A stretch of 64,000 bases of DNA, taken from positions 48,174,001-48,238,000 of the forward strand of contig CAIIXF020000001.1 in the NCBI GenBank assembly GCA_903813345.2, in the 5' to 3' direction. Below are positions 47,463 to 61,680 of this stretch, in pieces; position 1 is the first letter of the stretch; the number at the start of each line of letters is the position of its first letter. The notes beneath the pieces were generated by a model that made no database searches, had not been told where the DNA came from, and saw only the letters and a program-made list of their open reading frames with translations. Made by a program: the position numbers and the translations under genes. The DNA comes from Owenia fusiformis (taxonomy: Eukaryota).

Positions 47463-50137
47463 TACGGAAAGCTATAGGGGACATGCGCATAATTCAAAAT
47501 CGAATGGAGTTTTAACATGGGAGTGATATCACACACCGCGGCCCAGTCAGATAGATTTCATCGCGCACTGAATGAATTACAGGGGCCGCGTTGTGCAAAG
47601 TTAATTAAAATAAAGTGCGCAGAAATTCCGGCATTCAGTGCGCGATGAAAAAAATGATTATCTGTGAATAAATAACGAATAAAAATTCGTGGCACCACGA
47701 ATTTGATTTTTTTCGAAAGACTGCAGAGTGAACCAGCGAAATGACAATTTTGGATAATATTGATGGCTCTAACGAGGAGAACTTTGAAATTTCCCGATTC
47801 TACCGCGCAGCACATCCAGGACCATGATGCGCACTTTTATCAGATTCGATTCTAATATGGTTTCAAAAATAATGTTCATTAAAAGAGGGCGTATGCATAC
47901 AGATTACACATGGCGTTATGTTGAAGTGACCCTTGCAAAGGGTTCCATTGAAAATATATTATTTTGGGCCATTTCATATCTTTTAATTGATATTGTATAA
48001 AATATTTTCAATGTTTGAAAATTATAATCTTATAAATAACATTTTATGTAATAAAACTGTAACGAAATGGTAAATACGGAATATGATGCAATACAATGCA
48101 GTGCAATATGATGTTATACAATCCAGTGCAATATGATGCAATACAATGTGGTGCAATATGATGTAATACAATGCGGTGCAATATGATGCAATACAATGCA
48201 GAGCAATATGATGCAATACAATGCAGTGCAATATGATGCAATACATTGTAGTGTAATATGATGCAATACAAAGCAGTGTTATATGATGCAAAAAATGCAG
48301 TGCAGTGCAGTGTATTGTATTGCACAGCATTGTATTGTATTGCACTGTGTTGTATTACATTGTATTGAATTGCATTGTATGGTATTTTATTGCACTGCAT
48401 TGCACTACATTGTATTGCACTGTATTGAACTGCGATGTATTGCACTGCATTGTATTGCACTGTACCACATTGTATTGCACTGCATTGTATTGAAATGAAC
48501 TACATTGTAACTGTATTGTATTTTATTGCACTGCATTGCACTACATTGTATTGCACTGTATTGAACTGCGATGTATTGTATTGCACTGCATTGTATTGCA
48601 CTGTACCACATTGTGTTGCACTGTATTGTATTACACTGCATTGCTTTGTATTGCACAGTATTGTATTGCATTGTCTTGATTTACACTGCATTTTATTACA
48701 CTGCATTGTATTTTATTGCAGTGTAATGTATTGTATTGCACAGCATTGTATTGTATTGCACTGTGTTGTATTACATTGTATTGAATTGCACTGTATTGTA
48801 TTTTATTGCACTGCATTGCACTACATTGTATTGCACTGTACCACATTGTGTTGCACTGTATTGTATTACACTGCATTGCTTTGTATTGCACAGTATTGTA
48901 TTGCATTGTCTTGATTTACACTGCATTTTATTACACTGCATTGTATTTTATTGCAGTGTAATGTATTGTATTGCACAGCATTGTATTGTATTGCACTGTG
49001 TTGTATTACATTGTATTGAATTGCACTGTATGGTATTTTATTGCACTGCATTGCACTACATTGTATTGCACTGTATTGAACTGCGATGTATTGCACTGCA
49101 TTGTATTGCACTGTACCACATTGTATTGCACTGCATTGTATTGAAATGAACTACATTGTATTGCACTGCACGGCATTGTTTTGCACTGTATTGCATTGCA
49201 CTGCATTGTATTGCATTATATTGCACTGTATTGTATTGCATCGTATTGCACTGCATTTTATTGTATTATATTGCACTACATTGTATTGTATCATATTGCA
49301 CTGCATTTTTTGCATCATATAACACTGCTTTGTATTGCATCATATTACACTACAATGTATTGCATCATATTGCACTGCATTGTATTGCATCATATTGCTC
49401 TGCATTGTATTGCATCATATTGCACCGCATTGTATTACATCATATTGCACCACATTGTATTGCATCATATTGCACTGCATTGTATAACATCATATTGCAC
49501 TGCATTGTATTGCATCATATTCCGTATTTACCATTTCGTTACAGTTTTATTACATAAAATGTTATTTATAAGATTATAATTTTCAAACATTGAAAATATT
49601 TTATACAATATCAATTAAAAGATATGAAATGGCCCAAAATAATATATTTTCAATGGAACCCTTTGCAAGGGTCACTTCAACATAACGCCATGTGTAATCT
49701 GTATGCATACGCCCTCTTTTAATGAACATTATTTTTGAAACCATATTAGAATCGAATCTGATAAAAGTGCGCATCATGGTCCTGGATGTGCTGCGCGGTA
49801 GAATCGGGAAATCTCAAAGTTCTCCTCGTTAGAGCCATCAATATTATCCAAAATTGTCATTTCGCTGGTTCACTCCGCAGTCTTTCGAAAAAAATCAAAT
49901 TCGTGGTGCCACGCATTTTTATTCGTTATTTACTCACAGATAATCATTTTTTCATCGCGCACTGAATGCCGGAATTTCTGCGCACTTTATTTAAATTAAC
50001 TTTGCACAACGCGGCCCCTGTAATTCATTCAGTGCGCGATGAAATCTATCTGACTGGGCCGCGATGTGTGATATCACTCCCATGTTAAAACTCCATTCGA
50101 TTTTGAATTATGCGCAGGTCCCCTATAGCTTTCCGTA
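47463..50137. mobile_element. Foldback element, 2675 bp: ~840-bp inverted arms (47463-48304 / 49297-50137) around a satellite core, 7-bp TSD ATGTAAT
   Basis: ATGTAAT|TACGGAAAGCTATAGGGGAC...GTCCCCTATAGCTTTCCGTA|ATGTAAT. The arms are nearly but not fully identical. Confidence 0.92.
48080..49520. repeat. Pentanucleotide-based satellite (ATTGT/ATTGC/ACTGC) inside the foldback element, with a strand switch at ~48304
   Basis: 5-bp periodicity and internal ~200-230-bp higher-order duplications. This is the source of the many Cys/His/Gln-rich ORFs. Confidence 0.95.
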
Positions 50138-50394
50138 ATGTAATAACAGAATTTTTAGTCTGAAAAAACATCCAAAATCTGACTTTGTGCAGATTTTTTC
50201 AGATTGTGCAATTATAAAATTGACACGACAAATGCATGTCATTTATGAAACTTCTGTCATTGAAAATCAAATTTCATTTTAATCCACTAACCATTGTTCA
50301 CTAGCATTGTGTCTTTTGGACAAATTAACCAATGCTTCTTGTTTTTTCAGTATTGGAATCTAGTTTTCTATTAAGGACTTGAGATACAGGAAAT

Positions 50395-51718
50395 TAACGA
50401 AGTTCGAGGGGGATATAGAGAAGCCGTCTGTCCGTTCGTCCGTCCGTCCGGGCGATAACTCCAATACCGGTTGACGGATTTGGTTCATATTTTATAGGCT
50501 TATGCATTATGAGTGTAGGACCTCTGCTCGAGAAGGAATTTTCAATATGGCCGCTCAATTCAAAATGGCCACCATTTTTCGTAAAAAATGTAATCGTTGA
50601 TAACTCAAATACAAGTTGACGGATTTTATATGCTGATGCCTAGGGACAAAGGAGTTTCGCATAAAAAGAGATTTATAAGATGGCCGCTTAATTTTAAAAT
50701 GGCGGCCATTTTTCGTAAAAATATGTAATCTTTGATAACTCAGATACCAGTGAACGGATTTGGTTCAAATTTTATATGATGATGCTAAGGGACACAGTAG
50801 CTATTTTCGACAAAAAATTATCAAGATGGCCGCTTAATTTCAAAATGGTGGCAATTTTTCGTAAAAAATGTAATCTTTGATAACTGAAATACCAGTGAAC
50901 AGATTTGGTTGAAATTTTTTATGATTATGCCTAGGGACACAGTAGCTCTGTTCAAGAAATAATTTTCAAGATGGCGGCTGAATTTCAAGATGGCGGCCAA
51001 TTTTTGTAAAGAACGTAATCTTTGATAACTCATATACCAGTGAACGGATTTGCTTCAAATTCTATACGATGATGCCTAGGGACACAGTTGCTATGTTCGA
51101 CAAAGAATTTTCAAGGTGGCCGCTTTATTTCAAAATGACGGCAATTTTTCGTTAAAAAAACATAATCTTTGATAACTCAAATACCAGTGAACGGATTTGG
51201 TTCAAATTTTAGGGACACAGTTGCTTTGTTCAAAAATGAATTTTCAAGATGGCCACTGAATTTCAAAATGGTGGCCATTTTTCGTAAAAAAAACATAAAA
51301 TTTTGATAACTCTAATACCAGCGAATGGATTTGTTTTAAATTTTATATGATAATGCCTAGGGACACAGTAGCTCTGTTCGAGGAAGAATTTTCAAAATGG
51401 CAGCTGAATTTCAAAATGGTTGCCATTTTTCTTAATTCAGATTTTATATGATGATACCTAGGGACACTATAGCTCTGTTCGAGAAAGATTTTCAAAATGA
51501 CTGCAGAATTTCAAATGGCCGCCATTTTTAGTAAAAAAGAATGTAATCTTTGATAACTCAAATTTTAATTTATGGATATATGGTTTACATTTTATATGTT
51601 GATGCTTAGGGACAAACAAGCTCTGCTCAAGAAGGAATTTTCAAGATGGCCACTAATAATCTAAATATGTTTTGTTCGGTGGGATTTGCTACTCCGTGGA
51701 GTTGCTGTTTTTCTAGTA
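50395..51718 (+). mobile_element. HINE family 2, copy C, with about 8-9 ~125-bp tandem units
   Basis: GGGGATATAG..(GTCC)n start, repeated CTTTGATAACTCAxATACCAGTGAACGGATTTG units, end TTCGGTGGGATTTGCTACTCCGTGGAGTTGC..TTCTAGT. Confidence 0.85.
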
Positions 51719-52578
51719 TGTTATTAGGTTTGACAGGTTTTTTTTGTTTGCGAACTATTAGATTTTCATTTGATTGAATATATATAAGATAGTTTATTGT
51801 ATTTTCATGAGCAACAACCCAATGTCATCCCTCCTGTCATCCCTCTAATTCCAGTATTATCCCGATATCACTCCTAATCCCAAATAGTGATTTATTACTT
51901 GCTGTTATAGACCTGATGTTGCCCTGACCATGGTATAGGGCGTGATAAGTGCGTGATTCATTCTTGCAATCTTATTGCCCTGTTTAAATGTATTTATTTA
52001 TTAAATAATCTAGATATGTATTCAACCTAATCAAATATACATCCCCAAGTCCTAGGAAGTACCATCCTCGTATGAAATAAGCTATTAAATATGAAATATT
52101 TTAGTTCTACTTGCAAGGCAGGTATTTTCCCAAGTGACTTAGGTATGACATCTGACATGTTTAAATCAATCAGCATTATGGCTGATTATATATAGACATC
52201 TAGATTGATTCAGACTCTGGTATTATTTGTTTGTGTTGGTCAAAGTCTGATAATCAATATTGTGTCCCGCATCTAAAACAGTGCGATTGGCACAATATAA
52301 ATGCAATATAAAGTCAAATAGTACAGACATAGAGGAATTAAATCAACAAGAATGAATTGAACAACAAAAATTGTTTAGAAATATCAAATTAGCAGTACTT
52401 TGGGTAAAAGAGAGAGAGCAGGTATTAGATATGTGTGTGTATTATATTATGAGGGTGTCTGTATTTTAGATCCAATGGCAATGATCCACTAGAGATACAT
52501 CTGCTCCATGTGTTATATTAATTACTAGGATTGAGAGAGATTTTGGTAAGTTATGTATTTGAGGTTATTGTGGCGGAT

Positions 52579-52784
52579 CACTGGTGGATCTGGGGGGGGG
52601 CAGGGGCCTGGCTTTTTAAGGCCTTATTTTTTTAATTTTAGGCCAAATTTTGAAGAAAATGGGCCTCAAATTTTCATAATTTGGGCCAACTATTTGGTTT
52701 TAAGGGCCTTAAATTTTTTTGTGGAAGTTTTTCATCATACCTTCAGTTTAGGCCGTTCCCTTGTTGGTTCCAGATCCGCCCCTG
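52579..52784. mobile_element. Short MITE related to the 55684-56470 element
   Basis: CACTGGTGGATCTG...CAGATCCGCCCCTG ends; the internal TTTAATTTTAGGCC..TTTTGAAGAAAA..GGCCTCAAATTTTCA block is shared with ~56345-56400. Confidence 0.6.
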
Positions 52785-54483
52785 CCTGTTAGGGTTTTAG
52801 GTATATGTTTAGTTAAATATGCTGGAATGTATCTTGTATCTAGTAGAAAGGTGGTATCTGGACAGATACATAGCTCCTCCACTTTAGCAAAAACTGTTTT
52901 GAGTGTGATATCTACCACAAAACTTAGTAGGTATGGTGAATGCATCTGTTATGTACATTCAGTCTAGAAATAGGGTTTATTCAGAGGAAAATATATTTTA
53001 TCCCATATTTGAACGTACTTGAGGTGTATAGTACAGCAGGTTTGTAGAGTTGTATTTTCATCAGCTTTACATCATCTGCCTGCTACATCATAATCACCAT
53101 TCGCATGTCAGTGCATTTTTGTAAGGTGTTCGCATAATTACTGTGAACATGAATTGTAACAAACATAGATGACCACGATCAGTTTGATGATTTAAATTTC
53201 TGAAAGAAAGGGGAAATCCAGCTTAAGGCAAAACTGGACATAAATATTCTAAAAGAACTTCTGCAATGACATTTTCAGTACTCAGCTGAATATACATACA
53301 GGGGTATGGGATAAACAGAACATTCTATAGTCAGTTCAAGATATTAGGATTATCCCTTGGCCAATACAACATACCTGCCCTCGGGACCTATGGTCCTGAT
53401 GTTGAAATTTTACATTGACAGAACATTTTTTATTGACGTTTCTTGTGTTTATTTCTTGAACTGTATTAATGCAGCTGTGGTCTATTCATGACCATAAAAG
53501 GACAGTATTTGTTACATCCTGTTAAGGAAGGAAGAAGGATCTTTTCTTTACTGTCCAACTTCACATTTATGAAATCAGTCACAACAATTAGTTCTTTAAG
53601 TTTGTTTATACAATGTAAGGTATTTGGACACTAGACTTAGTTGGTAAGGGGTTTCACTGGAAGTTTGAGTTAGTCGAAGTTTGATTTTATCAACATTAAA
53701 CATCTTGTTCAAGTGCAAAAGAGTTCAAATTAATGTTGTTTTTTTATTCAATGCCTTAACTTATTGATTTTGAAAAGAATGAGAAGATGAATATTTTTCT
53801 TCTTTTATGCAAGGATTTGAAGAAATTGTGTAAATAATGAGGTCAAGATCAATTTGCTTGGGGCAAAAAAGGAATACGGTCTTTATTGAAACACTGCAAC
53901 TTATCACAACTTTTTGTGTTTTAAAGAATGAATTTGTGAAGTATCACGCCAGCATGTCATTGCATTATTTATCTTATTCTTTCTCAATATTTGTCTGCAC
54001 TGACAGCCGCTCCTTATTGGGTGAAACCTTCAGAGTGTTGGTATATGAAGGTCACATCTGACAAATAGTCTTTTAATTAACTAGTAACACAATAGATTGA
54101 GAATTCAGGGTTGGGCATTTTGTTTTTATACCAACTAAATTAAAATTTGTGGAATTACTGGAACCGAGATATTGCATCTGGACCACCACAACCAAAGTTT
54201 AAACATACCAATCCTCTCACTTTACAAGACAGAATAAAATAACCTCTGATAACAGGATATAAGTTACATCTGCATGGTGTGAAACAACAGTGTATAAGTT
54301 CTCTGCTCTCCTTCATATTCATAACTGAAGCTTCAGTTAGTATAGTGTGTGGGGTGGTGAGAGGGATTAAACAAGTGATTCTAAACACATCTTTTTACAC
54401 CTCTCTTGAATTGAATAGGAAGGAAATACTGTGGTATTATCTTAATGACCTGTTGAGGTATTTCAGAGAAAAGCAATAAATCA

Positions 54484-54815
54484 TTGTATTACATACCCAG
54501 CGAAGCATTTGTATTGAAGTCAATGGAGCTGAAGGTCGGCTATATATTCCTGTATAGCCGTCAAACTTTTTACCATGACAATCTTATGACGTCATCGGGA
54601 CGTCATGTTTCATTTCTTCCTAATTTCACTTGCACACAGACACGTGGCGTCATTGATATAACGTAGCCATGATATAAAAGTATGTAATACAACAGTTATG
54701 TCCGTATCATTGAATATATGCCTTCGGTCTGTCGTAATATAGCCCTCGCAAGCTCGGGCTATATTGGTGACAGACCTCAGGCATATATTCAATGATAGGG
54801 ACATAACTGCTAAAT
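54484..54815. mobile_element. Non-autonomous element with a long subterminal hairpin; a similar architecture occurs at ~36435-36560
   Basis: CAGTTATGTCCGTATCATTGAATATATGCCT..AATATAGCCC..GGGCTATATT..AGGCATATATTCAATGATAGGGACATAACTG forms a ~120-bp imperfect palindrome. Confidence 0.55.
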
Positions 54816-55683
54816 ATGACTTCTGTGTATTGATATACATCTATATTTTGATTATTTGTTGCTTTAGTTAGGTCTTAGTTTTAAAAGCTTGACATAACCT
54901 TTTTGTCATTTTATTTCTAAAAAACATCCCAAGTTAATAATCTTCCAGGAAAACTAAAGATTGTTTATTTTTCTATAATGTGGATATATGTGTATTGCTC
55001 ATTAAACAACTACCATGTTCAGGAGAATGGAACAGTTAGACTAAGTTGCCACATTGCTGATTTGATGACACATCCAAATATATTCATTATTAAATTGATT
55101 ACTTTATGTCTAAGTTATTATTTTAGTTGTGCTTTAAAGAACTTCAACATTTGATACCACATACTCAAATAACATGTAACATGGAGATCACTGTAGGAGA
55201 TGGTAAAGAATACCAATGATTTTTGGTTGTTATTATCTCACCCCTATAAGGCTTATATCTCCAGTTCTGCCTTACAAAAAATTAAGGAGATTTTGAGTTA
55301 TATATACCTTTAACCTTGTATGATTGATTGTTGGACCTGGTACAATTCAAGTAAAACACAGTGTTATGTTTTGTTCTTTGGTGTGGTTTGGTCATGATAC
55401 TATATAAGTAGCTATTTTTCTACAATAGGAGTGTTTAAAATCTCTGGAATTCTATTCATCATATGAGACAAGCAGGTCACCCCAACTGATTAATTTCACA
55501 TATAACAGTACAGATAGTAGGTTCATTGGTTCAAACTTAGGTTAATGTATGAAACATGCTAGGTGCTAAAAAGGGATTTTGAGTTTTGTTGTGAGCTTAT
55601 TGGCCTGATGTTAAAAATGTACCTTTTTGAAAGAAAAGTAGGTTCAAATCATATTTCAGCTTATCTTAGAGGAGGGGGATGGG

Positions 55684-56470
55684 CACTGGCGGATCTGCCC
55701 CCCCCCCTTGGATGGGCCCAGAAAAAAAATTGCCTAATGTCCCCAAAAAATCAAAAGCTCGCCTATTTTCAAAATGGCGGCCATTTTCGTCTTGCGAAAT
55801 TCAATTTTGGACCATTTGGTAGCTTTATAAATAATTTCAGGTGTTCTGCATTGTAAAAAGCCATGTCACTGTAAATAGTAGTTGTACGAAATAATTTTGT
55901 TACAGAAAATTGGCAAAAAATTATATCTGTTATTTTATTTTCAGCCATTTTGGTTGATTGGTCCATCTGTCTCATGAAATCCACTTTTGGACCATTTGTT
56001 TCAAAACCTCTGTTGATAGGATTCCTGTTTTAAATTATTTTTGTTCAACACCAATACAGAAAACCCCCCTATGACTCCTGGTTCAAAAGCTCACCTATTT
56101 ACAAAATGGCCACCATTTTCATCTTGTGAATTCCATTTTTGGACTATTTGCCTCTAAACCTCTGTCAATAGGATTCCTGTTTTAAGTTATTTTAGTTCAA
56201 CATCAATACAAAAAAACTCCCCCATGACTCCTGGTTCATTTTTTACAAAAAATTATATCAGGTTTTTATTATTTTCTGCCATTTAATCCATCATTTACTT
56301 TTGAGCAACACCATATATGACCCCAGTACCCATGGTACTATTTATTTAATTTTAGGCCTAATTTTGAAGAAAAATGGCCTCAAATTTTCAAAACTTGGGC
56401 CCACTTTTTGGTTTTAGGGGAATTTTTTTTATTAAATATGAATTTTTTTGGGTTCCCAGATCCGCCCCTG
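55684..56470. mobile_element. MITE with CACTGGCGGATCTG / AGATCCGCCCCTG ends and internal tandem units
   Basis: Inverted termini; ATGGG flanks both sides (possible 5-bp TSD). Confidence 0.6.
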
Positions 56471-57887
56471 ATGGGTGTGCTATTTTCCTCCCCAATTGAA
56501 AATGAATAAGTGAAAATGTTTATCACAGGTCCTTATATATGTTACATTCCCAAATTTTCCCCTTATTTCTAAATACTGCAACAATGCATGCAATATACAT
56601 TCTTACTTTGTAGTAATATAAACATTGTGTATCTACTTTACAGTGAAAACCTGTTTTAACAGAATTCTGTTTATTACACCTGTTTCCAAGGTTACTAAAA
56701 TATGTGGGAAATTAATAAATATGATATACGGTCTACCTGTAAATGAAATGTCTCAAAGAAAAAGAGAAATGAATGTGAAATTTAGCACATGATTGCTATG
56801 GCTGTTATAACACTATTAGGGAATGCCATGGCAGATATCAAGCCATTTAGTATACTGTATTCTGTAACATAATGGCAATAGTTTGTCAGTTTACGCCCTC
56901 ATGCCATCAAATTTCATGGACAATTATTTTTGAACTGTGGAAATCATTCGGTTCCATAAGAAGATGCATTAGTTTCACACAGAATTAAATCATTTAATAT
57001 AGGAAAAGATGCAACCCTTATATTACAGGAGCCAGTGAACCAGTTAAGCCATTTAAGAATTATATAGAGCACTGCATTGAGGAACATTTTAATCTAGTGA
57101 AGAAATCAAATATCAAGTATTGATTATACCAAAATAAGTGAAATAGCCAGCATTGACAAAAATCAATGTAATATTTCCATGTTATTGGTTATTCCACATG
57201 CATATAGTATATAATGTATATGGGTGTGATTTGATATCAGCAAGACTGTTGGTAAACATATGTATATGAATGAGAATATCAACGATGTGCATCATGGATA
57301 ATGATAATAATTTAATATGTTGTCTGTGTAATTATTGTTTTGCAGGTCTGGACTATAACGCAGGTGAATCAGGATATGAGACCACAACGAATTACAAAAG
57401 CTTCAACAGATCTTCTTGTGTAGAATAGTAGCTGCAGAGCTGTAGATCCATCGGTAATTTTAACAACTTTGGAACAGCCTGGCCAAATCATCAACACTTG
57501 TAAGTACAGAATCTACTGGTTTCTTTTTCTGAATCTTAAAGATACAATTTTGGGTCTCGGACCAGGATTCGTGTGTGTAACAGTGGTTACACTTCGTAAC
57601 AAATAGTTACACTTTTTGTTGTTGTTATTGTTACCAATTTTAATGCCTCATTTAAATTTTGTGATGTAATTAACCTGTTTTTATTCGCAAAATTATGTAT
57701 TAATGAATGTACATCCGATACATCAATATTTTCAGAAGAAGTAGATTCTACATACTATTCTATCAAGCAAGACTGGAATTGATCTCATCCTTTTATGTGC
57801 AATATAATCAGGATCTAGTCACGTAAACCTGAAACTGTGATATTAAAGTGTGGATCTGACAGGATTCTAGTGCATACCATAACCATT

Positions 57888-59679
57888 ATGTCTCCAATGA
57901 GATACTCTCAAAGTGAGCCTGTCATACAGAATGGACATGCAGCGACAAATGGAATCAAGGGTACGATACCCTATTTGTTTATTTTTTATTTAAAATTTTC
58001 AGGTGTCTTTATTGATAGATCTGTCTTAATTGATGGATCTTTAATACTATATTCAGTTTACATCTATACTTAGCATAACGACAAAATGAAGCTACTTTCT
58101 ATCTAATCCATTATGATATAAACAGTTACTAATTATGTCATCTCACATGACATATTGTTTTTAATCAAATCAACAGCTCCGACACATGATAGAGGATAAC
58201 AGGTTCTAGAGCTGGTGAACTTTTTGGATGGCCATGTTATTTTCTGGCAGTCATTTTGGAAGTTCCTTGAGTTGATACATTTGAGTTTTATCAAATTCAT
58301 ACACATGATAGAGTATACCAAATTCTAGAGCTGATTGACTTTTGGGTGCCCATCTTGTTTTTTGGCAGCCATTTTGAAAGGTTTACGATAAATCTTGTCA
58401 TCCCGATCAAGGAAAACTGGGATTTGGATTTTCTTCAAATCCGTACAAATGATATAGGATACCAAATTCTAGAGCTCGATTAACTTTTGGGTGCCAATCT
58501 TGTTTTCTTGCAACCATTTTGGTTTTTCAATAAATCTTGACATTGCGAATGCAGGAGGTAATTTTGGCCATTTTGGCGAAGTCTTACACTATTTGTATAT
58601 TAAACTTGCACAAATAATTGTTGTGGTTTTGTAATTTAATTTTACTTCCATTTTCAGGTAAACCAGGACTGCGTCGTAACAGCAGTATCATTCCACTAGT
58701 TCCAACAACGCACAAAGAGGACGTTCCCCTTGTATTCAGAGAGCCTCATATTAACGGTGGTTTCCGCCAGGTTGACCAGCCGTGGCATTATTACTTCTTG
58801 AGTATATTCCAAGTCCACAATGAAGTCATGAATGTCTGGACTCATCTTATTGCAGCCATAGTTATGATCAGCAAAATCTGGAAATACTCGCATGAAGTTG
58901 ATTTCGTGAATGATGCCTACACGTGGCCATTTCTAGCTGGTTTAATATGTGGATCACTGTTGTATGTCTGTAGCAGTGGAGCTCACTGTTTCCAGTCGAA
59001 ATCAGAATTAGTTCACTATGTTGCCTTTATGGTCGACTATGCAGGTATAGGACTGTATGGCCTGGGGAGTGTTATTGTACATTATCAATACTGCAGTGAG
59101 GATAGCCTATACGAGTTGCTCAAGAATGTCTACTTGCCAGTTGGTTGCCTTCTAGGCTTTTGTATATGTCTATGTTGTACTATATCAAAGATATATTACA
59201 CTAGGCCTTACCCATTCACCCGTAAAATGTGGCAAATGACGCCAGTGGGTTGCATTTACATATGGTTAAACATGCCGATTGTTCACAAGGTTTACAATTG
59301 TTATATGTATGAGCATGGCTGTGGAGAAAGTTTCACTTACCATATACATCAGATCCTCTGGTTTTTAGCAAGTGCAATCTTCTTTGCTTCGTCCTATCCT
59401 CAGAAGTTTAACCCAGGAATGTGTGACTTTATTGGACACAGTCACCAACTTTTCCACATCTGCATTATGATTTGCACCAGCATTCAAATGGATGGTGTAT
59501 TTCTAGATATGCAACAAGATCGTGAGCATTTGATCAAAAGGGGCATACCAACATTTATGGATGCCTTCGGGCCTGTTATTCTCGTTGTAGGATTAGAAAT
59601 TTTGAATATAGCCATATTTCAAAAAATAGCAAAAGATAAAATAGCAAAAGAGAGTAAGAGTAACGTTAAATTTGAATAA
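57888..59679 (+). CDS. PAQR-family 7TM protein, membrane progestin receptor alpha/beta (PAQR7/8)-like; join(57888..57960, 58658..59679)
   Basis: FREPHINGGFR, HNEVMNVWTH, SSGAHCF, DYAGI, PGMCDFIGHSHQLFH motifs and seven hydrophobic segments. The phase-1 intron G|GTACGA...TTTCAG|GT joins in frame. A probable non-coding exon lies at ~57347-57499. Confidence 0.9.
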
Positions 59680-60801
59680 AAAAAATAATGATTCCTAGTT
59701 CAATAGATGGACTATATTGACATGAGATCATATATTATTAATAAAATTAAACCTTATCATATCAAACTGTACCTTAAGCCATTTACAGATTAAATGTTTA
59801 CTTAGCAGTCATCCAAAATCTCACTGATTAATCGCTATCAATTTTTCAAGTTTGAGACCAAACTGTGAATTTGGCAAATTTGTCATTCTTAGAATATTGG
59901 ATTTGGATTTGTTGGATTTTGGGATTTGGACGTTATTTAGTCAATGGTTGACATTTTTCAAAGAAGAATGCTATTAATCCACAACCAATATAAACATTTA
60001 AATTGACAATCTTGCGCAAAATTCGGGAATCGCCAATTTAAAGCACATACCTAATTAACCAATTTACTATAGGCCTACAGTTTAAAGTTATATGTAATTT
60101 GCTTAAACTTAGAATGTATACAAGCTGAATATAAGAGTAACCCTGAAATTTCATTACTACACTCTGAGTATGATAGACAAGTTTACAGTTTCGATGATGA
60201 TCAGATTTTAAAGACCCACAAAGCTGCTGCCATTGCCTTTTAATTTATAGAGTTTGAATTTGAAACAAGGCCAGCAAATGTTTCAACAATTCTACCAAGG
60301 TACGAGATGTACCTGAATTTTGATCAAACTAATCTGATGGGGTTGTATAAGTAATTTTGTTGTTAATTCTGGACCAGCTTGTGTTAAATGATAAAAGTTA
60401 CTCTATTGGAGTGATCATCAGATGAAAATTTGATAAAGTATAAAGTAGTAGTGTGTATTTCTAGATGCTCAACCAAAGTTTGTATACAGTATGTACTCAA
60501 ATAGAAAATTGCTTAAATACAGGCCAACTCAATTAAAATGCAACTCATGAGTAAAAATTCACATTCAGATTCAACTTTAGATTTAGTTGAGTTACTGTCA
60601 TTTTAGAATATACACCAGATTTCAACAATCATGCCGTATATACATGTATATACCAGTATTCAATGGTCAACATTATTTCTAAAACTCAAACCATGTATTG
60701 AATGTCTTTGTTGTGTCATAGGAAAACATTTTTACAATGATGTGTATTAATACTCATATGAAAATAATTGAGGAATGACTTGCTTATTTAGAAAATGTAT
60801 A

Positions 60802-61288
60802 CTGTAAAACGGGTATTCTTAGCGAGGGGTAATTGTTAGCGATCGCTATAGTTTCGCTAAAAATTCAATTCGCTAAAATAAACCGGGGTTAAAATAAACC
60901 GGGCGCTATAATTTGCAAATTCCCGAGAAACTACATGAATACTAGATATAGTATTTAAGGAGCTTTTCGTTCAGTGCTCGACTTCCGGTTTGTAATTTGA
61001 AAAAGATAAATATTTTTGAATCGTATGTTTCTTTCAATATCTGAAGGATAAATAGCCATCCATCCTGTTTGGACCAATACCATGTGCGTTAGAAGTCTTA
61101 CATTTTGATAATTCTTCTGTCATGTCCGTTATTCATTCTTCTGCCATAAATGATAAAATTTCTAATGCATTTCGCTAATTTGATTTTTTAAAGATTAATC
61201 TTCATTTCGCTAAAATTTCCTGCGCTAAAACCCCCTAAAATTGAAAAATCGCTATAATTTCCCGGTGTCAAAATTACCCATTTTACAG
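60802..61288. mobile_element. TA-target MITE
   Basis: TA|CTGTAAAACGGGTA...TACCCATTTTACAG|TA with subterminal TTAGCG/CGCTAA repeats. Confidence 0.75.
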
Positions 61289-61680
61289 TATGTGAGAAAA
61301 TATAGCATTGTATATTTGGTCACCCTGTATGTGTGGTAAATGTTATTAATCCATTGTATGCTCAGATAGGTCGATCAACCAAAGTTCATTTACAAAGCTG
61401 CTTAAAATATCTGTTGTATGTGTAATTGTGCTAACTCAGCTTGTGATTACTCCCCACATTTATTAGTTAATGCTGTATTGAGCCCTGTATTGTAAATGAT
61501 GTGTATGTGAATTATAACTATTACAATGTAAGTTTAGATGTAAATGTCTGAGATTTTTGCAACCAGTCATCAATGAGCAGAACCATACAGAAGTGTGATT
61601 ATTACATTTCAATCTAAATATATGATACATGAACAAAGGTCATATTTATGTCAGTAGTTCGATGAATAACAAATATAATA

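Noticed and set aside
48022..49579. Many Cys/His/Tyr/Gln-rich ORFs resembling metallothionein-like or structural proteins
   Set aside because: They are translations of a pentanucleotide satellite in several frames and on both strands, inside a foldback element.
58618..58657. ORF-track start MLWFCNL... for the PAQR gene
   Set aside because: It is a non-ATG start within the polypyrimidine tract; the real N-terminus is supplied by exon 57888-57960.
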